The notes under the pieces are model-generated. The model worked only from the letters and a program-made list of their open reading frames with translations. It was not told the DNA's origin and made no database searches. Both the position numbers and the translations under genes were made by a program. Below, in pieces: positions 31,020-39,899 of a stretch of DNA of 64,000 nucleotides. The stretch spans positions 1,728,001 to 1,792,000 of the forward strand of contig OY729426.1 of assembly GCA_963422365.1 (NCBI GenBank). Reading direction: 5' to 3'. How positions within the stretch are numbered: the first letter of the stretch is position 1; each line of letters opens with the position of its first letter. This DNA comes from Nitrospirales bacterium. GTDB lineage: Bacteria > Nitrospirota > Nitrospiria > Nitrospirales > UBA8639.

Positions 31020-31994
31020 ATGACGAAATCTACTCATATCTGCACCGACAAAGCGATCTTCTCCGACAGCCTGCGCCACGCGCACATGGCCGACAACACC
31101 CGCCGCGTGTACGGCGAGGGCTGGGCGCTGTTTGCCGACTGGTGTACGCAAGCAGGATGTGAGCCGCTGGCGGTTTCACCCCAGGACCTCGTGGACTTTT
31201 TCACTGAGTTGGCACTTCGCCGCAGAAAAGGCACAGAGAAGCCGCTGGCCTACGGCACCTTGATGCTGGTGCGGTGTGCAGTACGCCGCCGGTATGCGGA
31301 CGCCAATCTGACGTCGCCGACCCATCATCCAGAAGTCACCAACCTATTCCGTGGCTTGGCCCGCCTGCGTGGCACAAAGCCGAGACGGGCCAACGCCCTA
31401 CGCGAAGATCACATGGCCGCGATCCTGGCCTGTTGTCCCCCGACCGCCCGTGGCGCACGGGACGCCGCCGTGCTGGCGATTGGCTTTGCGGCCGCCTTGC
31501 GCCGCTCGGAATTATGCGGGCTGTCGATAGGGGATATTGAACGGTTTCTGACGGCGGAGGGGGAACCCTCCGGTATCATATTGCATATCCGTCGCTCGAA
31601 GACGGACCAGGCAGGGCGGGGCCAACAGGTCGCGGTGCCCGCCGGGAAACGGATTCGCCCGGTCGCCGTCCTGGATCGCTGGCTCCGCATCCGTGGCTCC
31701 CACGCCGGCCCACTTTTTCAATCATTGCGCCGGGGCGGACGACTCACCGGCCGCCCGCTCCACCACTCTGACATTCCGCGCCTGGTGAAACAGTATGCCG
31801 CGGCCATTGGGCTGGACCCGGCCGGGTTCTCCGCCCACTCCTTGCGGGCAGGCTTCGTCACCAGTGCCGCGGTCCATCATGCGCGGATGGACAAGATCAT
31901 GGCGGTCACCCGTCACACCAACACGAATACAGTCATGAAATACATCCGCGATGCGGCCGTGTTTACGGACCATGCCGGACAGGAGTTTCTGTGA
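31020..31994 (+). CDS. Cre-like tyrosine recombinase
   Basis: Full catalytic set: ALRRSEL (R), RSKTDQ (K), HSLRAG (HxxR), TRH, MKY; N-terminal ADNTRRVY. Confidence 0.93.
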   Translation: MTKSTHICTDKAIFSDSLRHAHMADNTRRVYGEGWALFADWCTQAGCEPLAVSPQDLVDFFTELALRRRKGTEKPLAYGTLMLVRCAVRRRYADANLTSPTHHPEVTNLFRGLARLRGTKPRRANALREDHMAAILACCPPTARGARDAAVLAIGFAAALRRSELCGLSIGDIERFLTAEGEPSGIILHIRRSKTDQAGRGQQVAVPAGKRIRPVAVLDRWLRIRGSHAGPLFQSLRRGGRLTGRPLHHSDIPRLVKQYAAAIGLDPAGFSAHSLRAGFVTSAAVHHARMDKIMAVTRHTNTNTVMKYIRDAAVFTDHAGQEFL

Positions 31995-32055
31995 GTGGCG
32001 GCGGGCGGGGCGCTGTTCATTTGGCCACTGGACGGGATTGGCGCACACCATTGAA

Positions 32056-32095
32056 CAGGAAGCCGAAATCGACCGACTGGTGTATCAGCTATACA
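32056..32095 (+). repeat. 40-bp direct repeat, IIG C-terminal tail remnant, copy 1
   Basis: CAGGAAGCCGAAATCGACCGACTGGTGTATCAGCTATACA, identical at 35500-35539; encodes EAEIDRLVYQLY. Confidence 0.92.
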
Positions 32096-32132
32096 ATCTG
32101 ACCAAGAAATCGAAGTGGTAGAGGCATAGCTA

Positions 32133-32670
32133 ATGAAATCCCGGTGCAGAGAATTGACTGACAAGGCGATAGCCGCAACTGTGGCTGCTATCGAGATTTA
32201 CAACAAGCCGGACTTTCCCTATCGGGCGGAAACCTTTTGTATTCTGGCCATCAATGGCTGGGAACTGCTTTTGAAAGCGAAATGGTTGCATGAGAATAAC
32301 AACAAGATTCGGTCTCTCTATGTGAGGGAACCCTACCAGAAGAAAGATGGGACGCCGAGCAAGCGATTAAAAATCAAGCGCACTCGCTCAGGCAATGCAT
32401 TCACGCACGGTATAGATTATCTTGCCAGGAAGCTTGTCGGCCAGAAGCATCTAGATCAAACAGTACTAAAAAATATAGAGGTATTGCTTGAATTGCGAAA
32501 TTCTTCCGTCCATTTTTACCATCAATCCGACACAGCACTGGCAACCCAACTTCAGGAATTAGGCGCTGCCAGTCTCAAAAACTTCGTGCTAGCCATGAAA
32601 GACTGGTTTGCCCGCGATTTAAGTGAATTCAATTTTTACCTGATGCCGCTATCGTTCGTATGTCTGCCTC
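32133..32670 (+). pseudogene. DUF3644 family protein, 3'-truncated
   Basis: AAIEIYNKPDFPYRAETFCILAINGWELLLKA, LRNSSVHF, FNFYLMPLSF; then reads into antisense btpA. Confidence 0.8.
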
Positions 32671-33008
32671 AAGGAACGGCCGGCGGCAACGGCAACAGCC
32701 AGGGCGGAAGGGGCATCGCTGCGCAGCATATTGACCCCTACCGGCAACGACGTTGTCCGGCATACCCGGTCAACCGCCCGGGTCATCGCCGCCACTGTTT
32801 CCGGCTCCACTCGACCAATGCGGAAGGGCGCATCGCCGAAGTTTTCCACGATGATGCCGTTGGCCCCACCCCGTTCCATGGTCAGAGCTTCCCGTTCCGC
32901 CTGCTCCAGCACAGCGTCCATATCGCCGCCCCAGCGGGGCGCGCCGGGCAGCGGTGGCAGGTGAATTACGCCGATGAAGACTTTGCCTTTGCCGAATAGT
33001 AGGGTCAT
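32670..33008 (-). pseudogene. BtpA/SgcQ family, N-terminal fragment
   Basis: IGVIHLPPLPGAP, GIIVENFGDAPF, PVGVNMLR; truncated at the DUF3644 junction. Confidence 0.8.
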
Positions 33009-33190
33009 ACTCACCCCTTCTGCTAATTCCTTCCTCTCCGCAACTTCTGCTTATCGTTCCAGCGCCGAAGGGAACGCCGACAGGGACAACTAGGGAGCGA
33101 CTACGAGCAGGCCGGACAAGGCGGTTTACTGATGTTGCCGGTTAAAATTTGGACAGCGTATTGCGCTCCGCCAAGAGCCGGACATACGAC

Positions 33191-34063
33191 TTAACCTTTG
33201 CCATGGTTTTCGTGTAGCTGACCGCGTTTGCGATTGCGCTCCGCCAAGAGCCGGATATACGACTTAACCACTTGATCCAGATCGCTGGATTCTCCGTATT
33301 TAGCCGGGACTACATGGTGAACGCGCCCGTCCGTGCGGAACTGCTCCGCCTTTTCCTTGGCCCCCTTGGTATTCGGCGGGAAGACTGCTATAGACCGTCC
33401 ACCCTGCTCTTTCACCAGCCGGAAACAAGGGATATCGGTGGAACCGTCGCCGATATAGACCAAGTTCTCGAAAGGTATTGGGCGCCGGTGCGGTTCAATG
33501 AATTTGTTTATCTCGCGGTCACTGCTCAGGTCATAAGCCCCCTTGTTGATACGGAAGAGGTACTGGGTCTTAGTGGTATAGTTGACCGCTTGGGAAGCCC
33601 AAACTGCGACGCCATTTTCGTCGAACAGAAACCTGGAGGCGTATATCTTCTCAAAATTGGATGCGATGGAGCAGCCTTCGATAATTTCAGCATTGCCGGA
33701 AGAAATGATGTAATGCTTGATAGCGATGCCCTCTTGCTTTCCGTATTCATTAATCCGGTTAAACCAGCCGGTAACGCCCTCAAAACCGGTAACGCCCTCA
33801 AAAAACTCAATGTCTTTCCCGCGGGTTTGGAAGTCATCTAATCGCACTGGCATGCGAGCCGCCCGAGCTTTTTCCAGCATAAGATACATATAAATCAGGA
33901 CGCTATCGGCTTGCTTGTCCTTGGCGATGCTGTTAACCTCCGCCCAGAAATCTTTGGGTTTCATTCTGATGTCCGGGATAAATTGACGTTCCTGGACATT
34001 GCCGGGAGCCAGGGTGCCATCAAAATCATAGACGATAGCCATTGGTATATATCGGCTTGACAT
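33191..34063 (-). CDS. HAD family hydrolase
   Basis: YDFDGTL, IISSG, NYTTKTQYLFRINKG, YIGDGSTD. Confidence 0.9.
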   Translation of the reverse strand: MSSRYIPMAIVYDFDGTLAPGNVQERQFIPDIRMKPKDFWAEVNSIAKDKQADSVLIYMYLMLEKARAARMPVRLDDFQTRGKDIEFFEGVTGFEGVTGWFNRINEYGKQEGIAIKHYIISSGNAEIIEGCSIASNFEKIYASRFLFDENGVAVWASQAVNYTTKTQYLFRINKGAYDLSSDREINKFIEPHRRPIPFENLVYIGDGSTDIPCFRLVKEQGGRSIAVFPPNTKGAKEKAEQFRTDGRVHHVVPAKYGESSDLDQVVKSYIRLLAERNRKRGQLHENHGKG

Positions 34064-34068
34064 CGGCG

Positions 34069-34551
34069 TTAACTCCTGATACGGGGGTTCTGGCGGGCGC
34101 CCACGTTAGGACTCTCCGGATAATCCTCACGTAGGGCATAGCGTCCTTTCTGATACGGGCGTATGAAACGGCCGTCTCGGGTCATCCGGGAAACCAGGGT
34201 TGCCTCAGGCGTGGCCCCGCCTATAATGCCGCCTCGTCTCATTACTTCTACCGCCAAGTCTTTATAATACATCGGTTTCTTGTCTTGCTCCCGTAGAATT
34301 TCCGCAGCAAGGTCGCAGATGTTGCGGTTGCTGTCAGGATGAAAACTACGACCTTCTGGCATAGCGCCGTCGTCTGGGAGTTCAGCAGGAGATTCAGGAA
34401 GTCCCAACAATCCTCGCACGTGGCATAGTCGGGAAAAGCTGTCCGCCTTTTTGCGCTTCAATTTAACAATATCTTGGCGAAGCCCGGTCAGTTCTTGCTC
34501 CAGTTTTACCCGCTCTTCTTCGAGCAACTGAATTAGTTGGGAATTATCCAT
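34069..34551 (-). CDS. Coiled-coil + winged-helix (HARE-HTH-like) protein
   Basis: AAEILREQDKKPMYYKDL...GATPEATL...GRYALRE; GGAGG ribosome-binding site. Confidence 0.75.
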   Translation of the reverse strand: MDNSQLIQLLEEERVKLEQELTGLRQDIVKLKRKKADSFSRLCHVRGLLGLPESPAELPDDGAMPEGRSFHPDSNRNICDLAAEILREQDKKPMYYKDLAVEVMRRGGIIGGATPEATLVSRMTRDGRFIRPYQKGRYALREDYPESPNVGARQNPRIRS

Positions 34552-34779
34552 GCTACCTCCGGCATTAAGTAGATTTGTGGAACCGTATTAATACATTATA
34601 ATACGAAATTCTAAATTTCAATCGTATAATGATTTATATTTTGTATTATCAGCATATATTATACAATATAATATTGTTTATAATGGTAAAATTAGATAAC
34701 TTTTCTGACTAGCAACTGAGCCAGAGGTGTGGCTTGTAAAAGAGAGGCGGCGGGCTGATCTATATCAGCACTCCCTAAT

Positions 34780-35095
34780 CGACAGCAGCGTAAGAAAACA
34801 GAGAACCGAAACCATAGATATGGTAGAAGATTGGCCGGCTGGTAATTCCCCGTCGCGTAGCAGCGTCGGGGATGATGTAAAGCATCATTGCATCTTCAGG
34901 GGCTATCGGGAGGGAACCTCCAGCCGCCAGGTAGCGGCTTTGCGTGAATACCAAGTAGCAGCTATACATGCCAGCATGTCCCAATATGTTGATTGGTTTA
35001 AAGAACACCATCATTGCAGTCGGGTTTGCCGGAGCTTTGCGCCGTTCAGAAATATGCAATTTGATTGTCGATGACGTTGAGTTTCTCGATTCCAG
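34780..35095 (+). pseudogene. Second tyrosine recombinase remnant; 5' limit uncertain
   Basis: IIAVGFAGALRRSEICNLIVDDVEF matches LAIGFAAALRRSELCGLSIGDIE of 31020-31994. Confidence 0.7.
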
Positions 35096-35195
35096 AGAGA
35101 ATGATCGGGTTTATCACCGCATCCATGATTTGTGCGAAGTGCCTGCCCGAGTGCGTTTTCTGTCGTGTGAACCACCCAGCAGGCTCAAGCCATCA

Positions 35196-35485
35196 TAATC
35201 GGAAGCCAAACCGCTCATAGCAAATGGGTCAAATACGAGATAGAGCAAAGCATAGAAAAGCGGAATGGTTTAATCGGGATATATATCCACAATGTTAAAG
35301 ACAGGTATGGTTCTACATCCTGCAAAGGAGCGGATCCGATTGCCCTACCTCCTCCCAACTTTTTTCCGCTATTAACCCTAATCCGGCTTACCCCTGTTGT
35401 TCTTATTATGACTGGGGAGATGACAATGGTTATGACAACCTTGGCGACTGGATTGAAAAAGCCCGCACAGCAAGCCGGAAGATAG
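35196..35485 (+). pseudogene. TIR-like (ThsB / DUF1863) domain, C-terminal fragment
   Basis: Manual translation IGSQTAHSKWVKYEIEQSIEKRNGLIGIYIHNVKD...YDWGDDNGYDNLGDWIEKA. Confidence 0.75.
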
Positions 35486-35678
35486 GGACACCAGCGCATC
35501 AGGAAGCCGAAATCGACCGACTGGTGTATCAGCTATACAGGCTGACGGAGGAAGAGATTAAACTTGTGGAAGCGATGAATTGACTCAGGCAATGCCTTCA
35601 ATTACCTGAATTTTTTCTCGGTGAGATTGTACAGCGCATAGACGAGGCGGTCGATTTCCTTTTCCCGTTCGCTTGTAT
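35486..35678. repeat. Diverged inverted copy of the tail-to-tail TRD junction (about 30093-30285)
   Basis: cttgtggaagcgatgaattgactcaggcaatgccttcaattacctgaa...tcgatttccttttcccgttcgcttgtat matches the reverse complement of the junction. Confidence 0.9.
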
Positions 35679-35746
35679 GTATATCGATGATGTCTGACTT
35701 TTCATCAGGCCATATTGGGGACCATCTCTGAAACATTGGGCCTGTC

Positions 35747-36490
35747 TTACATGAATTTCATGAACTTCTCTTTGGCCTCATCCATGAGTTCGGCGGAGAC
35801 CGTGGTTGCGCCACGCTCTTTGGCCAGCCGTTCAATCTCCTTGCGGGCCATGGGTTGAATAAAGTCCGGAATGTTGTCCAATCGCTGTTCGGCTTCGGGC
35901 GACCAAGTCATGCCGTTCGATGCATTCTTCGAATCATCCATGACTTGCAGTGTGACGGTGGCATAGCCGTTCTTCCGCGCATATGATTCCACGCTACCCT
36001 TGACCATCGGCTGCACAAACGACGGCAAGTTGCCTAACCGTTCCTGCGCATCAGCGGTCCATTGAAGATCGGATGGTTGCGTGCCGATGGAAGCTTCGCC
36101 GGGGGTTAATCCCATTTGCGCGACCATCGCGGAAAAAGGACAACCGCCGGACTCTCCTTCCTTCGCAGGGGTACCGGCTGCGGGGCTCGTGCCCTGTCCC
36201 GCGTGAATTTTTTCGTTCAGATAGGCGGCCATGGACCCTGACGCTGCCGGCGCACTGACTTCTTCTTTTAATGTACCACGAGTCATTTCCAAGGGAGATG
36301 CGGCCTCTGTCCGCCCACCAAGCTGGACACCCAGGGAACTGACCATTTGCGTTTCGCCCGGATTCGTCACCATGGAAAACTTCGCACCACAGGAGGGGCA
36401 GGCGAAAAAAACTCCGAGGGACCCTTCGGCGGGTTTCTCGACCTTTTCAAAACTCATATAGGTTTCACAGGTTAAGCAGATAAATTTCAT
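35747..36490 (-). CDS. PCP_red-domain protein with an N-terminal Cys motif
   Basis: CLTC...CPSC; two W(T/S)xxAxxRLxN(L/I)PxF(V/I)QPM repeats. Confidence 0.8.
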   Translation of the reverse strand: MKFICLTCETYMSFEKVEKPAEGSLGVFFACPSCGAKFSMVTNPGETQMVSSLGVQLGGRTEAASPLEMTRGTLKEEVSAPAASGSMAAYLNEKIHAGQGTSPAAGTPAKEGESGGCPFSAMVAQMGLTPGEASIGTQPSDLQWTADAQERLGNLPSFVQPMVKGSVESYARKNGYATVTLQVMDDSKNASNGMTWSPEAEQRLDNIPDFIQPMARKEIERLAKERGATTVSAELMDEAKEKFMKFM

Positions 36491-36544
36491 AACAGCCTCA
36501 CTCGGGAGAGTTGAAAGTAAAAAAGGGGTGTGCCCTCTTGTTGC

Positions 36545-37459
36545 TTATAGTTTTTCGGCCAGCACTTTTTTGTAATCCAACATTGATTGAAGACGCACGA
36601 CAAGATCCGTATAGCGCTGGCTCGTCGGATAGTGCTCATCCAACAACGGTGTTCCTTTATCAAACGTCTTGGCAAAATTCCGGTCAAATGGAATGCGGCC
36701 GAGCAACGGCAGATTGAGGGCTTCACACAGGCCTGCGGTATTGCCTTCGAACAGCTCATTCTCGGCGCCACAAGACGGGCACCGGTATTGACTCATGTTT
36801 TCAACGACTCCCAACACGGTGATCCCCAACTCCGTCGCATACCCAATCGACTTCTGCACAACCGTTGATGCCACTTCCGAAGGGGTCGTGACCACAACCG
36901 CGCCGGCAAGATCCGGAAGAAAGCTGGCGAGGACCGGAGGTTTATCCGCAGCGGCTCCCGGGGGAAGATCGGCCAGCAAATAATCCAAGTCTCCCCAGAG
37001 AATATCGGCGAGGAACTCCCGAATCACATTCATTTCCATGAGCCCCAACCAGACGGGACTCAAATCCATCGGACCTTTCCACCGTACCGGAGACGTGTCA
37101 TTGAGCAAGAAATCCATGGAGGCCACTTTGATGCCATAGGGTCCTTCCGGCGGTCGCGCCCCTTCCGGCGTGACCTCAAGCTCCTTGCCAAGCATCCCCA
37201 TCATTCGGGGAATGCAGGGCCCGTTGAGATCCACGTCGATGATCCCAACGTTGTGGCCTTGTCGTCCCAATGCCAAGGCTAAATTGACCGTGGTCATGCT
37301 CTTCCCGACTCCGCCTTTGCCGCTCATCACCACGATCTTGTGCGTGATCCCCGACATGCGGTCATGGACCTGCCTGGTCTGCTGGGTGATTTGCTGCACG
37401 ACCTTGGCGTCGTCGGTGTATTGCAATTTCCTGAGAATGCTTTTCAGGTCTTTTTCCAT
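36545..37459 (-). CDS. mrp: Mrp/NBP35 (ApbC) Fe-S carrier ATPase
   Basis: MSGKGGVGKS, DVDLNGP, WGDLDYLLADLPPG, VENMS...CPSC. Confidence 0.9.
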   Translation of the reverse strand: MEKDLKSILRKLQYTDDAKVVQQITQQTRQVHDRMSGITHKIVVMSGKGGVGKSMTTVNLALALGRQGHNVGIIDVDLNGPCIPRMMGMLGKELEVTPEGARPPEGPYGIKVASMDFLLNDTSPVRWKGPMDLSPVWLGLMEMNVIREFLADILWGDLDYLLADLPPGAAADKPPVLASFLPDLAGAVVVTTPSEVASTVVQKSIGYATELGITVLGVVENMSQYRCPSCGAENELFEGNTAGLCEALNLPLLGRIPFDRNFAKTFDKGTPLLDEHYPTSQRYTDLVVRLQSMLDYKKVLAEKL

Positions 37460-37664
37460 AGCAGGTTCGTCTCCCATTCGCACACATCTGGAAATGTTGC
37501 AAACAAAGACGGTCTTTCCTGGACAAAGAAGAGAAGAAAACCCGCGTTACCCTAAGCCTACACGGAACGAGTCTAGTCTATTCGCAAGTATCCGGATAAC
37601 GGGATGGGGGTTTCCATGTTTCCATCATCGAATCCCATCGAATACACCAAATTCTCGAATGCTC

Positions 37665-38111
37665 TTAGTCACTACCATAGATTGACCAACCACTGCCGTA
37701 AGGGTTGTTGGGGCTGTCGGACCGATATGGATTACCAGCGCCATAGGGATTGTTGATACTGTCCGACGAGTATGGACTTCCGTAACGACCATAGGGATTC
37801 GAGATCGAATCTGGGTCATACGGGTTATCGCTGAACGTACCCCGATAATTTCCATCCCGGTCGTAGAGCCTTGGCGCGTCCGTTGCGTATGGATTTGTTG
37901 CACTTTGGCTCGAATACGGGCTTCCATAACGGCCATAAGGATTTGTTACGCTGTTGGAATTATACGGGTTACCGGTGCCATACGGATTGGCTATGCTGTT
38001 GGGATCGTAGAGATTGGTACTTAAATTACCCAGATACTCGTCTGCCAGTGCGCCAGTGCCGAATGCCAACAACGCAATGGTCAGGAGTGCCGTGAATATT
38101 TTGAATTTCAT
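37665..38111 (-). CDS. Secreted protein with NPYG repeats
   Basis: Signal peptide ending ALA; duplicated NPYGRYGSPYS. Confidence 0.8.
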   Translation of the reverse strand: MKFKIFTALLTIALLAFGTGALADEYLGNLSTNLYDPNSIANPYGTGNPYNSNSVTNPYGRYGSPYSSQSATNPYATDAPRLYDRDGNYRGTFSDNPYDPDSISNPYGRYGSPYSSDSINNPYGAGNPYRSDSPNNPYGSGWSIYGSD

Positions 38112-38429
38112 GACACACATTTCCCAGTCTGCATGTGAAAAGATTGGCGTACGTCATTCTCAGAGGTAAAATTAGGTATCACTCTCTTTTTCCTTCATTG
38201 CAACATTTCCTTCGCTTCTTAAAATGCCCAGATTCTCCTCTTCTTGCCCCTTGTCTCTGTCTCAATTGTCCCGAGACATCCTCACGTCCTATAGGATGCC
38301 AACTCTTTCCCTCATTTTAATTTTTACAATTCTACTCCGTTGAAGTCTTTTGGGCAACTCACTACGGAGTCGGTGAATCAAAGCCACCGGGGTTCAACGT
38401 TCTCTTGCCTAGAGGGCCTATCATCGACT

Positions 38430-38775
38430 GAGAGACGCCTTCAGAAGTGTATCAACATCGGCGAGACCCAATTCCAGGAGCAACGTTCCCAACGGCTTAA
38501 CCCGTTCAAAGTAGCCCGGATATTCTTCGCTTCATCCCGGAAGTCTAGGACAAGGCAACGGATGGCTTTTCTTTTGTCCAATCTTCTGTTCGAAGAAGAA
38601 GTAATCCAAGCAAACAGGGCAATGCTTCCATTCTCGGGATTTCGATTTCCGTTTCTCCACAATCAGGACACTTGTACAGAGGAACGTTCACCAACGTGAC
38701 GTGTTTTAATCCTGATTCTTCATAACGATCTGTCCCTGTGGTTCGGTTCAGGTCATAACCACGGAGGTGCATTTC
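38430..38775 (-). pseudogene. YgiT/MqsA-type zinc-finger antitoxin remnant
   Basis: YEESGLKHVTLVNVPLYKCPDCGETEIEIP, followed by a frameshifted HTH-like LSRWE segment. Confidence 0.6.
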
Positions 38776-39234
38776 ATAGCATCCCCCCACCTTTTTTCTC
38801 ATTCTATGCTGAGAGGTTGTAAAAATAAGAAGCATTAATCCGTTAAAACCATGATGAGCCGAACGAGTTCTGCGTCGAGGATAACAAAAACCACTTTTAA
38901 CTCGTCCGACTCGATCGCTGCAGGTCCGCTGCTGGATTGAGTTGCAAGATTTGGGAATCTTAAAGAATTGCCAGGTTGAGGAGGAAGACATGACGCAACA
39001 ATTGAAGGAATAGCTGAATGATTCTCTTAAAGCGTCTAAAGAGTGCTTAGAAACCTGGTATGACAGTGTTCATACACGAAAGACCATCTGTAGCCGCATG
39101 AAAATAATTGTGGATCCGGACGAAAGAATTGCGAGGGGTCTAGAAATTTCTCTTGGGTTTGGAGGGGCAATCGGTGATGGGGAATGGGCGGGGCAGAGGG
39201 GCTGCCATGGGGGTGCAGGGGCGGGGCAGGAGGG

Positions 39235-39553
39235 GGTGAGGTGAGGTCGCCGATGCGGACGCGCACCCGGCTGCGTCGTAGACGGAGAGGCGATTGTCGG
39301 AGATTTCGACGCGCTCGCCGGCGGTTGCGGAGCGGAAGGTGCCCAAGGTGGCGGAGAGGGCCGAGAGGGTCTGCACGTTCATGGCGTTGGCCGTGACGCT
39401 GCCCGGCATCAAGAGCTGGCCGTCGAGGCGCTTCTCGACCGGCCGCCACCCCTTGCCGTCCCTGACCCGAGTCTCAATCCAAGTGAGGGCGGGATTGTAG
39501 AGGGTGACCGTGTCGGAGATCACCGGCGCCTGCGCATTCGGCAGCGCGGCCAT
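39235..39553 (-). pseudogene. Phage tail-tip / host-specificity protein C-terminal fragment
   Basis: TLSALSATLGTFRSATAGERVEISDNRLSVYDAAG, then frameshifted RVRVRIGDL. Confidence 0.6.
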
Positions 39554-39899
39554 CGCCGCGTAGTAGACAAAGGCGGGTACTCAACCGGCGTGACCCACTG
39601 CCCGATCACCCGTCGCGTGGCGATCCAGCGCTGCTTGGCCTGCTTCCGGCTCTCGGGGAGCCTGGAGCGAGACCAGCCGGCCTGACTCTTGGCCGGGTCG
39701 CCGGGCCCGCTGCGGGCCGTGGTCTGGTAGATGAAGCGTATCCGGTTGTACGTGCCGAGGATCGACAGGTGCAGGTAGAAATCGCCACGCGGGCAAGAGA
39801 GGGGGGATGATCCCCCGGCGGCCGTGACGGCGACGAGAGCCAAGTGCAACAGGCCCACGTGGCATCGCGGCCTCCGGTGCGGATCTCATACCCAACCAC

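Noticed and set aside
33160..33269. Mini-CRISPR (37-bp repeat, 36-bp spacer)
   Set aside because: Two units only, and one is in-frame HAD coding sequence
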